Source: Deltaproteobacteria bacterium RIFCSPHIGHO2_01_FULL_43_49
Lineage (GTDB): Bacteria > UBA10199 > SPLOWO2-01-44-7
NCBI GenBank assembly: GCA_001798075.1
Contig: MGRG01000002.1
Coordinates: 46,631-110,630 of the forward strand
DNA length: 64,000 nucleotides
Direction: 5' to 3'
Position 1 is the stretch's first letter; each line of letters opens with the position of its first letter. The position numbers were made by a program, and so were the translations under genes. The notes beneath the pieces are model-generated. The model ran no database searches, was not told the DNA's origin, and saw only the letters and a list, made by a program, of their open reading frames with translations. This document shows, one piece after another, positions 52,170-61,426 of the stretch.

Positions 52170-52185
52170 GTGGGGAAAGGTGGGG
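52170..52185 (+). promoter_or_regulatory. Candidate MraZ operator: two GTGGGG direct repeats with 10-bp spacing
   Basis: AAGTGGGGAAAGGTGGGGA lies 24 nt upstream of the mraZ ATG. As I recall, E. coli MraZ binds 10-bp-spaced GTGGG-type direct repeats in its own promoter. Confidence 0.35.
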
Positions 52186-52208
52186 ATTTAAAACTCCTTG
52201 ATTTTACT

Positions 52209-52649
52209 ATGTTTAGAGGCCGTCACGAATATGGAATCGATAGTAAAGGAAGACTCGCCATCCCTGCGAAGTTCCGGGAAATTCTAGTCGCTCAATTTGA
52301 TGAACGTTTAATCGTCACCCATTTTGACCAGTGTTTATGGGCCTATCCGGTTTCTCTCTGGCAGGAACTTGAGAAAAAAATAGGACAACTCCCACAATTT
52401 TTAGAAGAGGTGAAAGCTTTGCAACGGGTTTTTGTTTCTGCCGCTTCGGAATGTCCTCTCGACAAACAAGGAAGAATTTTACTCCCGCCAACACTGCGCG
52501 ATTACGCAGGACTCAGCAAAGATGTGGTTTTGGTGGGAATGACACAACGAATTGAAATTTGGTCGAAGTCTCGTTGGAAAAAAGTTTTTGGAGACTCACA
52601 AAAGAAACTAGAATCACTCCAGGAAAAACTTGCGGAGTTAGGTTTATAA
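52209..52649 (+). CDS. mraZ: Division/cell wall cluster transcriptional regulator MraZ
   Basis: MFRGRHEYGIDSKGRLAIPAKFR and a second half-domain LDKQGRILLPPTLR. ATG 52209 is preferred over the GTG at 52170. Confidence 0.92.
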   Translation: MFRGRHEYGIDSKGRLAIPAKFREILVAQFDERLIVTHFDQCLWAYPVSLWQELEKKIGQLPQFLEEVKALQRVFVSAASECPLDKQGRILLPPTLRDYAGLSKDVVLVGMTQRIEIWSKSRWKKVFGDSQKKLESLQEKLAELGL

Positions 52650-52652
52650 ACT

Positions 52653-53003
52653 ATGTTTGAGGTCAAACATTTTAATGATGTTTTAGTAATGGGAGTCTCA
52701 GGCGAATTGGGGCTCAGTAATGTCCGTCAGTTTGATTCTCTTTTAAATCAAGCTTTGCAGAGTAGAAGTCATCGAGTCGTTTTGGATCTCTCCGATTTGT
52801 CCCACATCGATTACAAATTAGTTCCGCATCTTGTTGACCGTGTTATCGAAATTCAGTGCCAAGGTGGAGAAATTAAACTGGCCAGCAACAATGGTTACAT
52901 ATCCAATATTTTAAAGGCGATGGGTTTTGAAGAAGAGCTATACCTTTCTGTTGAAGATGCCGTGATCAGTTTTGCGCCGATGTCAGAGGAAGAATGGCAG
53001 TGA
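52653..53003 (+). CDS. STAS-domain protein (anti-sigma-factor-antagonist-like, no conserved phospho-Ser)
   Basis: 116 aa. VLVMGVSGELGLSNVRQFDSLL...VVLDLSDLSHIDYKLVPHLV...GGEIKLAS pattern of SpoIIAA/STAS. Overlaps rsmH by 10 nt. Confidence 0.6.
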   Translation: MFEVKHFNDVLVMGVSGELGLSNVRQFDSLLNQALQSRSHRVVLDLSDLSHIDYKLVPHLVDRVIEIQCQGGEIKLASNNGYISNILKAMGFEEELYLSVEDAVISFAPMSEEEWQ

Positions 53004-53899
53004 GTGAAGTGGTTCATGAGCCAGTCCTAGTTAAAGAGTTATTGGAAAATCTAGCAATCAAAGCAAATGGAATTTATATTGATGGAACATTGGGGGGTGG
53101 AGGACACGCGCAAGCGTTGTTAGAAAAAATCAACTCTCAAGGGGTGCTTGTTGGGGTGGATCAAGATGAGGAAATTTTGGAGAAATCAAAAGTCAGATTA
53201 GAAAAATTTCGGGAACGAGTAAAATTTATTCATGATAATTTTTCAAACATCAAAGAAATTTTGCAAAAAGAAGGTTTAAAAATGGTAGATGGGATTTATC
53301 TCGATTTAGGGGTCTCTAGTTGGCAACTCGATCAAGCCCATCGTGGTTTTAGTTTTAGAAAAGAGGGCCCAATCGACATGCGTATGAATCTTTCGCAAAT
53401 AGAGACAGCTTTGACCAAAATAAAATCGAGTAATGAAAAAGAGCTGACCGACATTTTGAAAGAATATGGCGAAGAAAGACTCGCTGCAAGAATTGCTAGA
53501 CAACTGATAGAAAAAGCAAAGCGCCATCAACTTCAGACAACGCTAGATATCGCTCAAGTGGCCTGGGAGGCTTACCCTCCAAAAGCTCGCCACAAAAAAA
53601 TTCATCCAGCCACACGGACTTTTCAGGCATTACGCATTTGGGTCAACAAGGAGTTGTGGGCCTTGGAACAATTTTTAAAGGAGTCGCCTCATTTTTTAAA
53701 CGAAAAAGGGCGTTTATGTATTATCAGCTATCATTCCCTAGAAGATCGTTTGGTAAAACATGCTTTTAGAAAGTGGGCGACTCAAGACCAGCGTTTCAAG
53801 GTTATTACCAAAAAACCGGTGATCCCTTCTCAAGAAGAAATCGATCAAAATCCACGCGCGCGCTCTGCCAAGTTGAGAACGTTGGAAAGGCTGCATTGA
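52994..53899 (+). CDS. rsmH: 16S rRNA (cytosine1402-N4)-methyltransferase
   Basis: HEPVLVKELLENL, YIDGTLGGGGH, DLGVSSWQLD, RGFSF, HPATRTFQALRIWVN and SLEDR motifs. Confidence 0.93.
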   Translation: MAVSEVVHEPVLVKELLENLAIKANGIYIDGTLGGGGHAQALLEKINSQGVLVGVDQDEEILEKSKVRLEKFRERVKFIHDNFSNIKEILQKEGLKMVDGIYLDLGVSSWQLDQAHRGFSFRKEGPIDMRMNLSQIETALTKIKSSNEKELTDILKEYGEERLAARIARQLIEKAKRHQLQTTLDIAQVAWEAYPPKARHKKIHPATRTFQALRIWVNKELWALEQFLKESPHFLNEKGRLCIISYHSLEDRLVKHAFRKWATQDQRFKVITKKPVIPSQEEIDQNPRARSAKLRTLERLH

Positions 53900-54162
53900 A
53901 AAGATCATTTTCTAAAAAAATTGTTCTTGTTTTGATAATTTTGGGGCTTGCCCTTTTATACGCCGGCTCCCGTGTCAAAGTCATTGAGTTTGGGTATGAG
54001 GTCTCAAAAATCAAGGCGGGAGTCTCCGACATGGAAAGAGAAAATGCTTTGCTGAAATCAAAAGTTGCGCAGGCTAGATCAACGGAAAAACTAATAGAGT
54101 CGGCAAAACGTTTGGGTTTTGCCGCTCCAGAGACACATCAGGTTTTATTTTTAAGGGAATAA
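53896..54162 (+). CDS. ftsL: Cell division protein FtsL (putative, TTG start)
   Basis: 88 aa with one TM helix (IVLVLIILGLALLY) then a coiled-coil. Sits between rsmH and ftsI. The TTG overlaps the rsmH stop; the start is uncertain. Confidence 0.55.
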   Translation: MKRSFSKKIVLVLIILGLALLYAGSRVKVIEFGYEVSKIKAGVSDMERENALLKSKVAQARSTEKLIESAKRLGFAAPETHQVLFLRE

Positions 54163-56153
54163 TGTCTGTTCGTTTTACAAATCCTGCGTTGGAGCGAAAA
54201 GCCAAGGCTGAGAAGAGGCTTAGAATTTTTTATTTTGGGCTCTGTTTTGGATATCTCATTGTTGTAGGTAAAGCGGTCACTCTCATGTCGCAAGATAATC
54301 AGAAATTAGAAAAGATCGCGATGAGTCAATATCGCGCGGCGATTCAAAAATTTTCAGATCGGAGCCGTGTTTTGGATAGAAAGGGACAAGAGTTTGCCAT
54401 CAGCACGCCGACTTGGTCTTTTTATTCCGATCCGAGGGAAATTAAGAATTTTTCTGAAACAGCCTCCCTTCTGGCAGGGGTGTTGAATATTCCCAAAGAA
54501 ACTCTGGAACAGAAATTCAAAGAAAAGCGAAAATTTGTTTGGATTAAAAGGAGAGTCGATGCCACCACAATGGAAAAAATAAATCAGCTCAATTTGAATG
54601 GTATTTACAGCATCAAGGAAAACATGCGCTTGTATCCGCATGGTGAGTTGGCAGGCTCCGTTATGGGCGCTGTTGGGATTGATTCTCAAGCGCTAGGGGG
54701 CATTGAATTGGCTTATGACTCCTATTTAATGCTCAACCAAGAGCCTGGAATGTATTTGCGGGATGCGAGAGGCCAATTGTATTTGGCGCCTCCTAATTTA
54801 GAAAGTATTTCGCCAAAGGGCGATGTTTACTTGACGATTGATAAAAATATTCAGTTTTTTGCAGAAGAGGCTCTTAAGAGAGCAGCCAGGACTTATAGCG
54901 CCAAAGCGGGTGTCGCACTCATCATGGATCCAGAAACAGGCGATATCATGGCGATGGCAAATTATCCTTCCTTTAATCCAAATCAGTTTGAAAAAGCTGA
55001 TTTCAACGTTTGGCGTAACCGAGCGGTAACCGATCTTTATGAACCTGGTTCCACTTTCAAAGTTATTGTAGCCGCAGCAGCCCTAGATCATCGCTCCATT
55101 AAGTTAGATGAGAAATTCAACTGTGAAAGAGGATCCTTTGTTTTGGAAGACGGCGAAGCCATTCATGATCACGACCCTTACGGACTTTTGAATATTAGCG
55201 ATATTATCAAAGTCTCGAGCAATATCGGCATTTATAAAGTCTCTCAACGTCTGGGAAGAGAAAAATTTTATCAAACCATCAAGGATTTTGGTTTTGGTTC
55301 CAAGACAGGGGTCGATTTTCCAGGTGAGATTGCAGGGATTCTTCGCCCTGTTCAAAAATGGCGACCCATTGAGGCGGGAACTATTTCTTTTGGACAAGGA
55401 ATTGGAGTCACTTCTTTACAGATATTGTCAGCCTTCAGCGCCATTGCCAATGGTGGCTTGAGAGTGCAACCCCATTTGGTTGAAAAAATTGTCTCTAAAA
55501 ATGGAGAGACTCTCTATCAAAAAGAACACAGAGTTTTAGCAAGACCGATCCAGGAAGAAACAGCTCAAATACTCACACAAATTTTGAAAAGTGTTGTCGC
55601 AAAAGGGGGAACCGCCCCCTTGGCCACAATAGAAGAATATCCTGTAGCGGGCAAAACAGGGACATCACAAAAAGTGGATCCAAAAAGGGGTGGATACCTG
55701 GAAGGAAAATATATTGCCTCCTTTGTCGGTTACGCACCGGCAGATCATCCAAAACTTGTTGCTCTTGTTTTGCTTGACGAACCGCAAGGATATTATTACG
55801 GCGGCATCGTTGCTGCCCCTGTCTTTAAAGAAATTATGCTCAAATCGCTCAATTATTTGGGAGTTCCGCCCCAAGGGACTTCGTCAGAAGTTTTGGTTGC
55901 TTCAAAACAACAATCGAGCCTATCACATTTTGGTTTTATGAAAACTACAACTGAGATCAAAAAAGAGGGGAACTATTTCAAAGTTCCTGATTTTCGCGGT
56001 GTTTCGTTGCGTCAAGTGTTGAAAACGGCCGGTGATTTTCCAGTCGCCATGGAGTTTAAAGGAAGGGGAGAGGCCATTTCCCAAAGCCCAGCACCGGGAA
56101 CACTGGTGGCAGCAGGAAGTAAAATTTATGTAGAATTTAAACCATTGTATTAA
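54162..56153 (+). CDS. ftsI: Peptidoglycan D,D-transpeptidase FtsI (class B PBP) with C-terminal PASTA domain
   Basis: N-terminal TM helix, STFK (EPGSTFKV), SSN and KTGT motifs. C-terminal FKVPDFRGVSLRQVL...ISQSPAPGTLVAAGSKIYVEF matches a PASTA domain. Confidence 0.9.
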   Translation: MSVRFTNPALERKAKAEKRLRIFYFGLCFGYLIVVGKAVTLMSQDNQKLEKIAMSQYRAAIQKFSDRSRVLDRKGQEFAISTPTWSFYSDPREIKNFSETASLLAGVLNIPKETLEQKFKEKRKFVWIKRRVDATTMEKINQLNLNGIYSIKENMRLYPHGELAGSVMGAVGIDSQALGGIELAYDSYLMLNQEPGMYLRDARGQLYLAPPNLESISPKGDVYLTIDKNIQFFAEEALKRAARTYSAKAGVALIMDPETGDIMAMANYPSFNPNQFEKADFNVWRNRAVTDLYEPGSTFKVIVAAAALDHRSIKLDEKFNCERGSFVLEDGEAIHDHDPYGLLNISDIIKVSSNIGIYKVSQRLGREKFYQTIKDFGFGSKTGVDFPGEIAGILRPVQKWRPIEAGTISFGQGIGVTSLQILSAFSAIANGGLRVQPHLVEKIVSKNGETLYQKEHRVLARPIQEETAQILTQILKSVVAKGGTAPLATIEEYPVAGKTGTSQKVDPKRGGYLEGKYIASFVGYAPADHPKLVALVLLDEPQGYYYGGIVAAPVFKEIMLKSLNYLGVPPQGTSSEVLVASKQQSSLSHFGFMKTTTEIKKEGNYFKVPDFRGVSLRQVLKTAGDFPVAMEFKGRGEAISQSPAPGTLVAAGSKIYVEFKPLY

Positions 56154-56176
56154 TTTGACTGCGGGCGGGGGGAGAG

Positions 56177-57676
56177 ATGAATTGGTCAGAGCTGGCAAGT
56201 AAGGTGAAAGGAAATATGAAATTAGGACAATTACTAGAGGGGTTAAAAAAACTTAATTTTTCAGGGGATGAAACATTGAACATTACCGACCTTGCCTATC
56301 ATACCGGCCAGGTCAAACCTGGTTGTTGCTTTGCAGCCATTCGCGGGCTGCAGACCGATGGCCATCATTATATAGATGAGGCAGTCAGAAAAGGGGCGAA
56401 GGCTGTTTTGATAGAACGAGATATTTCAGTTCCTCGGGGTGTTTCCAAAATTATTGTCGAGGATACCAGAGATTGTTTGGGAAGACTTTCTGCGCTGCTT
56501 TTTGGAGAGCCGACGAAATCATTACGCTTGGTTGGTATTACAGGAACGAATGGCAAAACAACAATCGCCTATCTCATTGATAGTATCTGGCAAGCTGCTT
56601 CTTATAAGTCTGGGCTCATTAGTACTGTCGCCTATCGTTATGGAGACCAGTTGAAACCGGCGGAGAGAACCACTCCCGAATCTTATGACCTGCAGCAGAT
56701 GTTTCGGCAAATGGTATCCAAAGGGGTGACTGATTGCGTGATGGAAGTTACCTCCCATGCCCTCGATTTAAAACGGGTGATCGGTTGTCATTTTGACGGC
56801 GCTGTTTTTACAAATCTTTCTCAAGATCATTTGGATTATCACAAAGATATGGAGAGTTATTTTGCGGCAAAGGCAAAATTATTTCGAGAGAGGCTCGTTG
56901 TTAGCGAAAAAAAATCACTCTGGGCAGTTTTGAATTGGGATGACCCTTACGGGAGAACCCTTGCGGGCGGCCTTCCAGCCAAAATCTGGCGTTACGGTGT
57001 TCGAGAAAAAGCCGATGTATGGGCAAGCAATCCCAAAGCAAGTTGGGACGGGCTTCGACTCAATGTCGTTTCACCTCAGGGGAATTTCCCCCTTTCCTCT
57101 TCTCTGATCGGTTCTTTCAACGCATCGAATATTTTAGCGGCAGTGGCGGCCTCTTTGGCGATGGAGATTCCCATTGATCAAATTAGTTTAGGCGTGGCTT
57201 CTTTCAAAGGAGTCCCCGGGCGTTTGGAAAAAATTTCTAATTCAAAAGGTATTGAAATTTTTGTTGACTACGCCCACACCCCTGCAGCACTTGAAAATGT
57301 TTTGAATACACTGAGAGCCCTAAACCCCAAAAAGCTCATCACTGTGTTTGGGTGTGGAGGCAACAGAGATAAAACAAAACGGCCTCTTATGGGAGCGGCA
57401 GCGAGCTGTTTGAGTGATGTTGCGATTGTTACCTCTGATAATCCCCGAGATGAAGGGCCTCAAGCCATCATCAATGATATTTTGCCGGGCTTAAAAAAGA
57501 ATAGAGAATCTTTGATGATTGTTGACCGCAAAGAAGCAATTTCAAAAGCTTTAGAGTTAGCAGCACCTGGTGATTGTGTTTTGATCGCCGGCAAGGGGCA
57601 TGAGACCTATCAAGAAGCAAGGGGAGTCAAAAAACATTTTGATGATAGAGAAGTCGCGAAAGAATGTTTAATATAA
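56177..57676 (+). CDS. murE: UDP-N-acetylmuramoyl-L-alanyl-D-glutamate--2,6-diaminopimelate ligase
   Basis: GITGTNGKTT, DNPR (TSDNPRDE) and GKGHE motifs. The start could be the internal ATG 56216 (MKLGQLL). Confidence 0.93.
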   Translation: MNWSELASKVKGNMKLGQLLEGLKKLNFSGDETLNITDLAYHTGQVKPGCCFAAIRGLQTDGHHYIDEAVRKGAKAVLIERDISVPRGVSKIIVEDTRDCLGRLSALLFGEPTKSLRLVGITGTNGKTTIAYLIDSIWQAASYKSGLISTVAYRYGDQLKPAERTTPESYDLQQMFRQMVSKGVTDCVMEVTSHALDLKRVIGCHFDGAVFTNLSQDHLDYHKDMESYFAAKAKLFRERLVVSEKKSLWAVLNWDDPYGRTLAGGLPAKIWRYGVREKADVWASNPKASWDGLRLNVVSPQGNFPLSSSLIGSFNASNILAAVAASLAMEIPIDQISLGVASFKGVPGRLEKISNSKGIEIFVDYAHTPAALENVLNTLRALNPKKLITVFGCGGNRDKTKRPLMGAAASCLSDVAIVTSDNPRDEGPQAIINDILPGLKKNRESLMIVDRKEAISKALELAAPGDCVLIAGKGHETYQEARGVKKHFDDREVAKECLI

Positions 57677-57690
57677 ATTTAACAAATTGG

Positions 57691-57720
57691 CTACCTGGCG
57701 ATGAGGGTGCTGAAAGTACG
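57691..57720 (+). repeat. Solo copy of the H4 left terminal repeat
   Basis: CTACCTGGCGATGAGGGTGCTGAAAGTACG versus 19492-19521 CTACCTGGCGCTGAGGGTGCTGAAAGTACG. No matching right end was found nearby. Confidence 0.75.
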
Positions 57721-57749
57721 CGAATCGCTAGCGAGTTTATAAAGGGTGT

Positions 57750-57916
57750 GGTGAAAAAGTCGCTTCCGGGATGCGTTTTGAGAAAAGACGCGGTTCCCGC
57801 CGGGTCGTCCCGGCGGGACCGCTCGGCTCTCGCCCATTTTATCTTTATTTCCCGTTTGTGAAAATGGGCTGCGAGACGCTTTTCTCAAAACGCATCCCTC
57901 GCGCGACTTTTTCACC
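57750..57916 (+). repeat. Branched (Y-shaped) palindromic element between murE and murF
   Basis: GGTGAAAAAGTCGC/GCGACTTTTTCACC and GGGATGCGTTTTGAGAAAAG/CTTTTCTCAAAACGCATCCC enclose two hairpins: GGTTCCCGCCGGG-TCGT-CCCGGCGGGACC and CTCGCCCATTTT...AAAATGGGCTGCGAG. Confidence 0.8.
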
Positions 57917-57938
57917 AGTTCCATAAGCGATGGGGGTT

Positions 57939-57969
57939 GTCAGGGGGAGATGCAAGATCGCCCCCTGAC
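57939..57969 (+). repeat. Hairpin GTCAGGGGG-(13 nt)-CCCCCTGAC
   Basis: 9-bp perfect stem. Followed by TAGCGAGCA and the CTGGC-TTT-GCCAG mini-hairpin (57982-57994) also seen in the H4 and metG cassettes. Confidence 0.7.
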
Positions 57970-58016
57970 TTTAGCGAGCATCTGGCTTTGCCAGTGTGAG
58001 CGAATGGAGTGTTTAG

Positions 58017-59411
58017 ATGGAGTTTAGTGTGGAACAATTTTTAAAAGCGAGTGGTGCAAAGGTAATTAGTGAAGGGACCAAGGCCCTTTGCAAAGGTATT
58101 TCCACCGACAGCCGTAGTCTAAAAGTAAAAGAACTTTTTTTTGCATTAAAAGGCCCCCATTTTGATGGCCACCGGTTTTGTGACGAGGTGATTAAAAAAG
58201 GGGCGTGGGGGGTGGTGGTACAAAATCAAAAATCAAAAATCAAAAATCAAAATTTATCGTGGATATTTGAGGTTAAAGACACATTGAAAGCGTTGGGTGA
58301 CATAGCCCAGTGGTGGCGCTCCCAATTTTCGATTCCTTGCGTCGCGATTACTGGGAGTAATGGTAAAACGACGACAAAAGAAATGATTGCCTCAATTACC
58401 CAGGCAAAGTGGAAAACTCTAAAAACAGATGGAAATTTTAACAATTTGATTGGGCTTCCACTGACATTGAATCGTCTTAACAAAGATCATGGGATTGCTG
58501 TTTTGGAAATGGGCATGAATGCCGTTGGCGAAATTGAGAGACTAACAAAAATTGCCTCACCGACAGTGGGAATTGTGACCAATGCGGCAGCGGCGCACCT
58601 AGAAAAGTTGCATACCGTGGAGGCAGTTGCCAAAGCTAAGGCAGAACTTTACGAAGCCATGAACCCTGAAGGGTATGCCATTTACAACGCAGAAGATCCT
58701 TGGCTGTCCAAGTTGGTTAAAAATTTTAAAGGAAAAAAGATTTCATTCGGGATGCGGGGTGGTTGCGATATTCTTTTTGAACATATGGAAAATTTTGGTT
58801 TTGACTCGATGGAGTTAAAACTTTCTGTGCAGGGAAAACTTTTTCAAGCAAAGCTCAAAGCAACTGGGCTTCATAATGTAATGAATGCGATGTCGGCGTG
58901 TGCCGTGGGGGTTAGTTTAAATCTTTCTCACGATCTCATCCAACAAGGTTTGGAAAATTTCACTCCTTTAAAAATGCGCCTTGAACAAATTCAGCTTGAT
59001 AATGGCGTTCGGCTTGTCAACGATGCCTATAACGCCAACCCTGTTTCCATGGAGGCTGCCTTTCGCACAGTGGGTGCAGCCAGAAGGGCTGGGCGATTTA
59101 TCGCCGTGTTGGGTGATATGAAAGAATTAGGGGAAAAATCAGAAGAACTTCATCAAGAAGTGGGTCACAAAGCGATTCAGTATGGAATTTCTAAATTATT
59201 TGTGATTGGAGATTTTGCAAAACATTTAGCAGATGGGGCGAAAAAAGCGGGCCTGGCAACTAGTTCTATTTATACTGCTGACAATGAAGAACAGTTGGTG
59301 AAAAAGTTGGAATCCGAAATAGAGTCGGGAGATATTGTTTTGGTAAAGGGTTCCAGGGCAATGCATTTGGAAAACGTTGTGGAAGCACTCAAAGAAAGGT
59401 TCGGAATCTAG
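58017..59411 (+). CDS. murF: UDP-N-acetylmuramoyl-tripeptide--D-alanyl-D-alanine ligase
   Basis: ITGSNGKTTTKEM, LEMGMN and NDAYNANP motifs. In-frame AAAATCA x4 array at 58222-58253. Confidence 0.93.
   Translation: MEFSVEQFLKASGAKVISEGTKALCKGISTDSRSLKVKELFFALKGPHFDGHRFCDEVIKKGAWGVVVQNQKSKIKNQNLSWIFEVKDTLKALGDIAQWWRSQFSIPCVAITGSNGKTTTKEMIASITQAKWKTLKTDGNFNNLIGLPLTLNRLNKDHGIAVLEMGMNAVGEIERLTKIASPTVGIVTNAAAAHLEKLHTVEAVAKAKAELYEAMNPEGYAIYNAEDPWLSKLVKNFKGKKISFGMRGGCDILFEHMENFGFDSMELKLSVQGKLFQAKLKATGLHNVMNAMSACAVGVSLNLSHDLIQQGLENFTPLKMRLEQIQLDNGVRLVNDAYNANPVSMEAAFRTVGAARRAGRFIAVLGDMKELGEKSEELHQEVGHKAIQYGISKLFVIGDFAKHLADGAKKAGLATSSIYTADNEEQLVKKLESEIESGDIVLVKGSRAMHLENVVEALKERFGI
58222..58253 (+). repeat. 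Heptamer array (AAAATCA)x4 plus a partial unit, in frame in murF
   Basis: Same unit, copy number and reading frame as the metG array. Encodes QKSKIKNQN. Confidence 0.9.
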
Positions 59412-59414
59412 AGT

Positions 59415-60494
59415 ATGCTATATCACTGGCTCTATCCGTTGCACGATCAATTGGTGGCATTCAATGTCATCAAATATATTACCTTTCGCACCTTCATGGG
59501 CCTTTTTACCTCTCTGGGGATTGTCTTTGTCCTTGGAAAACCGTGGATTGCTTTTTTGCAACGACACCAATTGTTGCAAACACTATGGGAATATGTTCCC
59601 GAGACACATCATAAAACAAAAGCCAAGACGCCAACCATGGGAGGCATTCTCATCTGGTTTGCCTTTTTACTTTCGACATTGTTGTGGGCAAGATGGGACA
59701 ACCCCTTTGTCTGGATGATGTTGGGTTTAGGGTCGGCATTGGGTGCCATTGGATTTTTGGATGATTATTGGAAGATTTCCAGAAAAGATGCACACGGTCT
59801 TAAGGCCCGCTACAAATTTCCTTTGCAGGTTTTGGTGTGTGGGTTGGTGGCGTTAATTCTGTATGACGGATTTGGTTTTAATACCGAATTGTCGATTCCT
59901 TTTATGAAGCAGATCTCTCCTGATTTAGGAATGTATTATATTATTTTAGCTATTTTGGTGTTGGTGGGGACTAGCAATGCGGTCAACCTCACCGATGGTT
60001 TGGATGGTTTAGTGACAGGCCCTGCAATCATTGCCTTCATGACATACGGTGTTTTTGCCTACATTGCGGGCCACATCAAAATTGCCTCTTATTTGCAGGT
60101 TCCTTATGTTCCACAATGTGGCGAACTTTCTATTTTATGTGGAGCCATTGCGGGGGCCTTGATCGGTTTTCTATGGTTTAATTCCCACCCTGCTCAACTC
60201 TTCATGGGAGATGTAGGAGCTTTGAGCATTGGGGGAATGTTGGGATTGGTTGCTCTCTTGACGAAAAATGAACTTCTCCTTGTAGTTATTGGCGGTGTTT
60301 TTGTTTTGGAAACTCTTTCAGTCATTACGCAAGTGGTCTCTTTTAAGTTGAGGGGAAAACGAATTTTTCGAATGGCTCCTTTGCATCATCATTTTGAATT
60401 AAAGGGGTGGCCGGAATCAAAAGTGATTGTGAGATTTTGGATTATTTCCATGATTTTGGCCTTAGCAAGTATGAGCACATTAAAATTGCGATGA
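59415..60494 (+). CDS. mraY: Phospho-N-acetylmuramoyl-pentapeptide-transferase
   Basis: KTPTMGG, NAVNLTDGLDGL, MGDVGALSIGG and PLHHHFE motifs. Confidence 0.95.
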   Translation: MLYHWLYPLHDQLVAFNVIKYITFRTFMGLFTSLGIVFVLGKPWIAFLQRHQLLQTLWEYVPETHHKTKAKTPTMGGILIWFAFLLSTLLWARWDNPFVWMMLGLGSALGAIGFLDDYWKISRKDAHGLKARYKFPLQVLVCGLVALILYDGFGFNTELSIPFMKQISPDLGMYYIILAILVLVGTSNAVNLTDGLDGLVTGPAIIAFMTYGVFAYIAGHIKIASYLQVPYVPQCGELSILCGAIAGALIGFLWFNSHPAQLFMGDVGALSIGGMLGLVALLTKNELLLVVIGGVFVLETLSVITQVVSFKLRGKRIFRMAPLHHHFELKGWPESKVIVRFWIISMILALASMSTLKLR

Positions 60495-60807
60495 AGGTTG
60501 AACTTAAAAATAAAAAAGTTCTGGTCGTTGGCTTTGGAAAGTCAGGCCAGGCTGCTGCGCGCTATTGCATTGCCAAAGGGGCTCGCCTGGCAGTGACCGA
60601 TTTAAGAGAGAAAAAAGTTTTCAGCTATCAGCTATCTGCTTTCAGCGGGCATCCCATCGACTGGTATTTGGGTTCTCATAAGCTCGAAGTTTTCTTAGCG
60701 GCCGATTTGATTGTGGTGAGCCCAGGGGTTCCTTGGAACTTGGAGCCACTTAAAGAAGCAAGAAAAAAAGGAATTCCCATTGTAGGAGAGATGGAGTTAG
60801 CCATTGC

Positions 60808-60839
60808 AGACTCGAGACTCGAGACTCGAGACTCGAGAC
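60808..60839 (+). repeat. Heptamer array (AGACTCG)x4 plus a partial unit, in frame in murD
   Basis: Encodes DSRLETRDSR just upstream of the P-loop VTGTNGKTTT. Confidence 0.9.
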
Positions 60840-61396
60840 CAAAGATCATTGCTGTGACCGGAACGAATGGCAAGACCACCACGGTCAGCCTCATTCATCA
60901 TTTGCTACAAACTGCTGGGAAAAAATCTTTGCTCGCCGGCAATGTGGGGACACCACTTCTCGATTGTCTGGATCAAATAGCCGAGACTGAATTTTTAGTT
61001 TTAGAGGTCTCCAGTTATCAATTAGAAACGACTCCTTCTTTGAAACCCGATGTTGCTGTTTGGCTCAATGTGACTGAAGACCATCTCGATTGGCATGAAG
61101 ATTTTTTTACCTATGTGGCTGCAAAAACAAAACTCATTCGACAGGCCTCTCCGAATGGTTTGGTCATTTATAATGCAGAAGACAGCATGGTCACCCAAAG
61201 CGTGGAACAAATTCCAGCAACCCGTTTTTCCTTCAGCAGCAAACGACAATTAAAACTGGGGGGATGGGTAGAAGAAGGAGCTCTTTTATTGAAAATCAAA
61301 CCTACAAGCGAACCGCAGCGCTTTGATCTTTCTGAAATAGTTTTGAAAGGGATTCACAATTGGGAAAATATGTTAGCAGCATTGCTTGCCATTTCA

Positions 61397-61426
61397 GGGG
61401 ACGTTCCCCTGCAGGGGAACGTCCCC
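61397..61426 (+). repeat. P-type palindromic element, in frame inside murD
   Basis: GGGGACGTTCCCCTGCAGGGGAACGTCCCC is a perfect 30-nt palindrome. Same core and same reading frame as the nuoG copy (SGDVPLQGNVPL). Confidence 0.9.
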
